From a virus (taxonomy: Duplodnaviria; Caudoviricetes), in IMG/VR virus record IMGVR_UViG_3300012020_000003, positions 32,001 through 96,000 of that record: a stretch of DNA of 64,000 bases. One strand, 5' to 3'. Both the position numbers and the translations under genes were made by a program. The notes beneath the pieces were generated by a model, which saw only the letters and a list, made by a program, of their open reading frames with translations, was not told where the DNA came from and searched no databases. Shown piece after piece: positions 59,537 through 64,000 of this stretch (the first letter of the stretch is position 1; each line of letters starts with the position of its first letter).

Positions 59537-60187
59537 TTAAAATTTATCATCTAAACAAAATTCATAATCAAATGGACGAGTTGGTGCCAAATAATTTCTA
59601 TAAATTTGCGTAAAATGTGTTCCATTCCACTGCGATACTTGCCACATGTGCATATCTGCGTTGACACCGATCATTGGTAAAGCTATTGGCGTATATGCCT
59701 TCAATTGTGTATATTGAATTTTATAAGTATATCCAGTATGAAATAAATCAGTCAAAGGACTTGGATATACCATATATTCATCAACATATTTGTATTCGGA
59801 TAAATGATTGAATAATGTGTCGGTTGTATGATCTTTCTTATAAAATACAATATCATTATTACACATCACATCCTTATCGGCATTGGTATATGACACTAAT
59901 GCATAACTAGGCGAAGTTTTCTTTATTTTAATGGAGTCAACATAAAGATAATTGTAGGCAATATAGACTTTTTTAAGCGGCGCTGCTACTTTTACATTAC
60001 TAACGGTTCCAGATTTGGGAAAGAATATGTTTGCTAGCGTAATCCCATACCTAGTACCAACTTGTTTGTCGACATAATTAATTGGGTTAACCGCAGCGGA
60101 TGCACCGTTGGTTGGCATTTCTTCATCCTTTAGACAACCAGAAATACACATGGTTATGATCAAAAACATGATATAAATTTTGTTCAT
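59537..60187 (-). CDS. Lipoprotein
   Basis: MNKIYIMFLIITMCISGC lipobox; AGGAG RBS. Confidence 0.7.
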   Translation of the reverse strand: MNKIYIMFLIITMCISGCLKDEEMPTNGASAAVNPINYVDKQVGTRYGITLANIFFPKSGTVSNVKVAAPLKKVYIAYNYLYVDSIKIKKTSPSYALVSYTNADKDVMCNNDIVFYKKDHTTDTLFNHLSEYKYVDEYMVYPSPLTDLFHTGYTYKIQYTQLKAYTPIALPMIGVNADMHMWQVSQWNGTHFTQIYRNYLAPTRPFDYEFCLDDKF

Positions 60188-60209
60188 TTTAAACTCCTGT
60201 TTAAATTAT

Positions 60210-61913
60210 TTATGGATAATAGACATATATTTCTATAGTCGATTTGTTATAATCGTTTTCATCGGACAGCACATTGTCCGATAATACATTACTATTATTA
60301 TACGAGTTAATTACAATTGATTGGTCTTCGTACGAATAATAAGCAGTACTTTTCTCCGACATTGTTGTTGGGTTTCGTACGAAATTTACAAACGTTTGGC
60401 CACGTGGAAATGCATCAGCAGCACTAATTATGTAGATTCCTGTGGAATCACGGTATAAATCTAAGTTTATTCCAAATGTATTTTCTAGAACTGTCGCTTG
60501 GGGCGCACTGGTTCCGGTCTGACTTAAGAAGGCTCTATATACCCTTGTGCCATTTGTAGTTTTGGTTAGGCCATCGGGTAAACTATATCCAACGAATTGT
60601 TTATACTGGAAAATATTATTTTTGACATTAAGTCCAACTGACGTACAATTTATAAAATCACTGTATAATATATTAGTTTGGAAATTTCCCGGTATGATGT
60701 TGCCGCTGAATTGTCCGAATATTCGATTTCGGAAAAATCCATAACTAACAGCGTTGCTGAAAAAACTTCCAGTAATTGTATTTTGGTTAAAGTCACTGCT
60801 TATAACATTTTCAACGAATAACACAGAATTTTTAGTTATTTCGTTGGATCTAAACGTGGTACCAATAATATTATATACAAAATTACCACACATTACAGAA
60901 TTACTATCAAAATTGCTGCCTATACTATTGAAACTAAAGCTATTTCCAGAAATATTACAATTGTATATTGGTCCACAACTATTTTTACGAAACTCGCCCC
61001 GTATTACAGTTTTATATAAAGAATATAATGTGTTATCTTTAAAATATCCATGAATTTCAGTTTCATTTAGTTGGGTAACAGTGGTATTATATAGCATATC
61101 ACCAGCAATATAATTATTTTGAATGTCGATGGCGTTTGCAGTACATAACAATCTGTCTTCATACTCAGCAGTTGTGTTAATATTACATGCCGTATAAGAT
61201 TCATCTTCATCATTAATTACCCACCACCCATTAGGTGTCATTCCTGAATAAGTGTTATTATTAAATTCAAACCGTTTCCACCACATAGTATCAGTTACTG
61301 GATGATTAATGTTATCATCTTTAAGTGAAACATAAATCCACGTTTGCTGTGTAGCAGTTCCAGATGAACGTTTAACCGCTTCAAATTTCGAATAAAGAGT
61401 TGCTGCATCCCAATTGGCTTGGGAAATTTTATAACGCCGATATTTACATACTCTCCAATCAGAACCAATATTATTATTATTAATAGTGTCAATTCTACGT
61501 TTAATATATCCAGTGGTTGCACCTGGAAAATTAGTCTCATCTGTATCTATACTATAATAAATGATATCACCCGGCCATATAGTCGATGATGCTATAGGAG
61601 ATAGTCTATGTTCGTTTACTGGAGTTACTATTAATGGTTCAATATCTCCCACATTTATATCTACTGTACCTGGAATTATATGAGTTGTTCTATAATCAGT
61701 AATAATGTAATTCACTCCTACCACTAATTGACTCGTCTCCACTAAATTAATCAATTCAGCATAAGACACATTAATTGATGGTTTAGGAAATTTATGTATA
61801 TTGTTTAGATGGTCTTTAAGTGATAATTGACCATAATCATCAGTATATAATGTTAATTTCCCGGTTGGTGGAGCTGGGATCGTAGCGTCTGAAATTTTAT
61901 TAAATATTCTCAT
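60210..61913 (-). CDS. Tail-fibre/spike-like protein with Asn-rich beta-helix repeats
   Basis: F..N.I repeats; YRAFLSQTGT.AP...LENT C-terminal module; ACTATTTAT upstream. Confidence 0.6.
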   Translation of the reverse strand: MRIFNKISDATIPAPPTGKLTLYTDDYGQLSLKDHLNNIHKFPKPSINVSYAELINLVETSQLVVGVNYIITDYRTTHIIPGTVDINVGDIEPLIVTPVNEHRLSPIASSTIWPGDIIYYSIDTDETNFPGATTGYIKRRIDTINNNNIGSDWRVCKYRRYKISQANWDAATLYSKFEAVKRSSGTATQQTWIYVSLKDDNINHPVTDTMWWKRFEFNNNTYSGMTPNGWWVINDEDESYTACNINTTAEYEDRLLCTANAIDIQNNYIAGDMLYNTTVTQLNETEIHGYFKDNTLYSLYKTVIRGEFRKNSCGPIYNCNISGNSFSFNSIGSNFDSNSVMCGNFVYNIIGTTFRSNEITKNSVLFVENVISSDFNQNTITGSFFSNAVSYGFFRNRIFGQFSGNIIPGNFQTNILYSDFINCTSVGLNVKNNIFQYKQFVGYSLPDGLTKTTNGTRVYRAFLSQTGTSAPQATVLENTFGINLDLYRDSTGIYIISAADAFPRGQTFVNFVRNPTTMSEKSTAYYSYEDQSIVINSYNNSNVLSDNVLSDENDYNKSTIEIYVYYP

Positions 61914-61928
61914 AGTTTATATAAATAG

Positions 61929-63632
61929 TTATCCTTCACACGAAGTACATGTTAATAAATTTCTTCTAAATTCCTGTGAGCCAGAAGCTGAATGTTGGTA
62001 ATACAAGGTCTTTATACCTATTTCATGTGCCTTTAACAATAAATTAGATATATCTTTCGGCGGAGTGTTTTTATGAATTCGTAAATTTAATGATTGACTT
62101 TGATCAATATATGGTTGTCTATCTGCTGCCATCTGTATAATATCCAATTGTGATATTTCTTCAAAAGTTCTAAACAGTGCACGTTCATCATCAGATAAAA
62201 AATCTAAATGTTGGACAGATCCATTATTTACCAAAATAGATTTCCAAATTTTAGGAGTATTCTTTTCTTTAGATTCTAATAATTCAATTAAATATGGGTT
62301 TTTAACTACCTGTTTACTATTAGCAATATCTTTAAGATAATAGTTTGAAAATATAGGTTCGCATTGTTGTGATACCTGACCTAAAATATAAGATGATGTC
62401 GTATTTGGCGCCAAAGTAACTTTCATACCATTCCTTCTACCAAATCCCTTCAGCATTTTAGGTTCCCCAAATAATGCTGCTAATTTTTCACTGGCTCTAT
62501 CAACTTGATGTCCAAGAGTTAAAAACATTTGCTTATTGATTATGCGCGACGGAAGTTCTCCATAAATCAATTTACGACTTTGTAAATAAGAATGAAATCC
62601 AGTTGCTCCTACTCCTATATCTCTAAAATCGACCGAAGAACGATATGACTTTTCCAAAAATTTAAATTTCAAGTTATCTTCTATATTCTTGCTGTCTCGC
62701 CATGATTCCAATTGATTCTGAAATATAGTGTGTAATGCATCTAACGCGAAAGTTAATACTTCAACTGCATCTGTGTCTTTCCATTCATCGTAGTATAATA
62801 AATTCATGGCAGCCAAGTCACAAATAAATGAATATGTATCATTTGACACTTCAGTTATCTCAGAGCATAAATTAGATGCATTGACAGTTAAATCATATGC
62901 TGCATATACATCCGATGCATATTTTTTTGTTTTGTTGTTAAATGGAATATGGTTAACATTATCAGTGAAGAATATGTACGGCATACCAGTTTCAATTCTG
63001 GATTCTATAAGTTTAGCCCAGACTTTACGATTTTTTGTATTGCCTGCCTTTAAATCATCGATCCATTTATCTGTAATGCAGACGCCATAATTCATACGTT
63101 GAATCAAATCATTATCACGGCCTATCTCCAGCACATCCATAATATCAGAGTGATCAATTGGCCAGTATCCTGCAAAATATCCACGTCGAAAGCCCTGACT
63201 TATCGAATTTGTTATATTTTCAAAGTCTTTAGCAAATGCTTTAGATCCTTGGCTTTTATATTTGTCTTGAATTGATGATCCTTTTCCCCTAACGTCACCA
63301 AAATATCCAGATGTTCCGCCGCCAACTTTTGTTTGCATTCCTACTTCAGCTAAAGCAAACAATATCGAGCCCATGTCATCAGATATGTGTGAATTAAAGC
63401 AAGAAAATGGAAGTGCATTTTTTCTCCCAATGTTGCTCCAAAAAGGAGAACTTAAAGCATAATATCCACGTTCAAGATATTCTTTAAATTTCCCTGCAAA
63501 TCCATTAATACCATTGGCATTTTCTAATTCTGCGCATATAATGTCAATACGTTCTTCTACCGTTTCACCAGGAAGTAAGTAACCGTCTTCATTATTTAAT
63601 ATCTCTCTTGATAAATCATTAAGCCATCTCAT
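61929..63632 (-). CDS. nrdA: Ribonucleotide reductase class Ia alpha subunit (short form, no ATP cone)
   Basis: FSCF, GGGTS, ASNLCSEI, APNTTSS, DQSQSLN, KTLYY, C-terminal CTSCEG. Confidence 0.95.
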   Translation of the reverse strand: MRWLNDLSREILNNEDGYLLPGETVEERIDIICAELENANGINGFAGKFKEYLERGYYALSSPFWSNIGRKNALPFSCFNSHISDDMGSILFALAEVGMQTKVGGGTSGYFGDVRGKGSSIQDKYKSQGSKAFAKDFENITNSISQGFRRGYFAGYWPIDHSDIMDVLEIGRDNDLIQRMNYGVCITDKWIDDLKAGNTKNRKVWAKLIESRIETGMPYIFFTDNVNHIPFNNKTKKYASDVYAAYDLTVNASNLCSEITEVSNDTYSFICDLAAMNLLYYDEWKDTDAVEVLTFALDALHTIFQNQLESWRDSKNIEDNLKFKFLEKSYRSSVDFRDIGVGATGFHSYLQSRKLIYGELPSRIINKQMFLTLGHQVDRASEKLAALFGEPKMLKGFGRRNGMKVTLAPNTTSSYILGQVSQQCEPIFSNYYLKDIANSKQVVKNPYLIELLESKEKNTPKIWKSILVNNGSVQHLDFLSDDERALFRTFEEISQLDIIQMAADRQPYIDQSQSLNLRIHKNTPPKDISNLLLKAHEIGIKTLYYQHSASGSQEFRRNLLTCTSCEG

Positions 63633-64000
63633 CAAACAGTTCATTTGGGTCAATTGAAAATTTATTTTTCGAATAATTCGGGGATTTTTTATGGAAGAAA
63701 TCTACATGGATAGTAGCTAAATCTTCAACATTAAACCATTCAGGCAATTTTGTATCATCTACTTCAAACTCTGCGTCTAAATCAATTAAAGCTAACGATT
63801 GGTTAAACCGATCTTTGATAAAGTTATCAACCAAGTCATAACTTAAAAAATCTAATTTGGAATCTTGTAATATCCATTTAACGATATCCATTTCGGCAAC
63901 ATACGCTTTCTTGCATGCACGTATAATTTTTTCTTTAAATTCATCATCTATTAATTCAGGATATTCATTGCGTATTATCTGGAATAAATATGCACCCAAA
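63619..64000 (-). CDS. nrdB: Ribonucleotide reductase beta subunit, C-terminal part
   Basis: AE...WI, RFNQSL, WF, HVDFFHKKSPNYSK. Confidence 0.9.
   Translation of the reverse strand, partial: LGAYLFQIIRNEYPELIDDEFKEKIIRACKKAYVAEMDIVKWILQDSKLDFLSYDLVDNFIKDRFNQSLALIDLDAEFEVDDTKLPEWFNVEDLATIHVDFFHKKSPNYSKNKFSIDPNELFDEMA

Noticed and set aside
60210-61913. Diversity-generating retroelement target
   Set aside because: No reverse transcriptase and no template/variable repeat pair seen in the window.
14859-63090. Antisense ORFs inside long genes (e.g. 14859, 17519, 36053, 49006, 51122, 56094, 60754, 62806)
   Set aside because: Shadow frames opposite well-supported CDSs, against the local strand bias and without motifs.

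Overview
This AT-rich window comes from a large lytic phage, most likely infecting a Bacteroidota host: TAnnTTTG -7 promoter elements recur throughout, and the short NrdA and small-gene families are of Bacteroidota type. Genes run on + from 1 to about 28.8 kb and on - from about 29 kb to the end, so the two blocks converge. 1-13.3 kb is a large tRNA array of about 24 tRNA or tRNA-like genes. It is interleaved with three free-standing homing-type endonucleases and several candidate structured RNAs, and is preceded by an apparent leader-peptide attenuator. Three of the tRNA genes (Arg-TCG, Ile-TAT, Arg-TCT) share an unusual layout: no D-arm in the normal place, and a D-loop-like TAATnGG motif 3' of the anticodon arm. 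The rest of the window carries nucleic-acid and counter-defence genes: two RNA ligases, PNK, a 2H phosphoesterase, DNA ligase, a RadA-like ATPase, QueE, a Prs/Adps-like gene plus a truncated Nampt/Namat (broken NARP1-like pair), a macrodomain, phosphatases, a PurA-like/vWA/HD module, an IS605 element (tnpA+tnpB), a BCS1-like AAA, dNMP kinase, an NTase, a beta-helix fibre-like protein and nrdAB. Many short hypothetical genes fall into paralogous families. All calls come from reading motifs by eye; no searches or folding programs were run.
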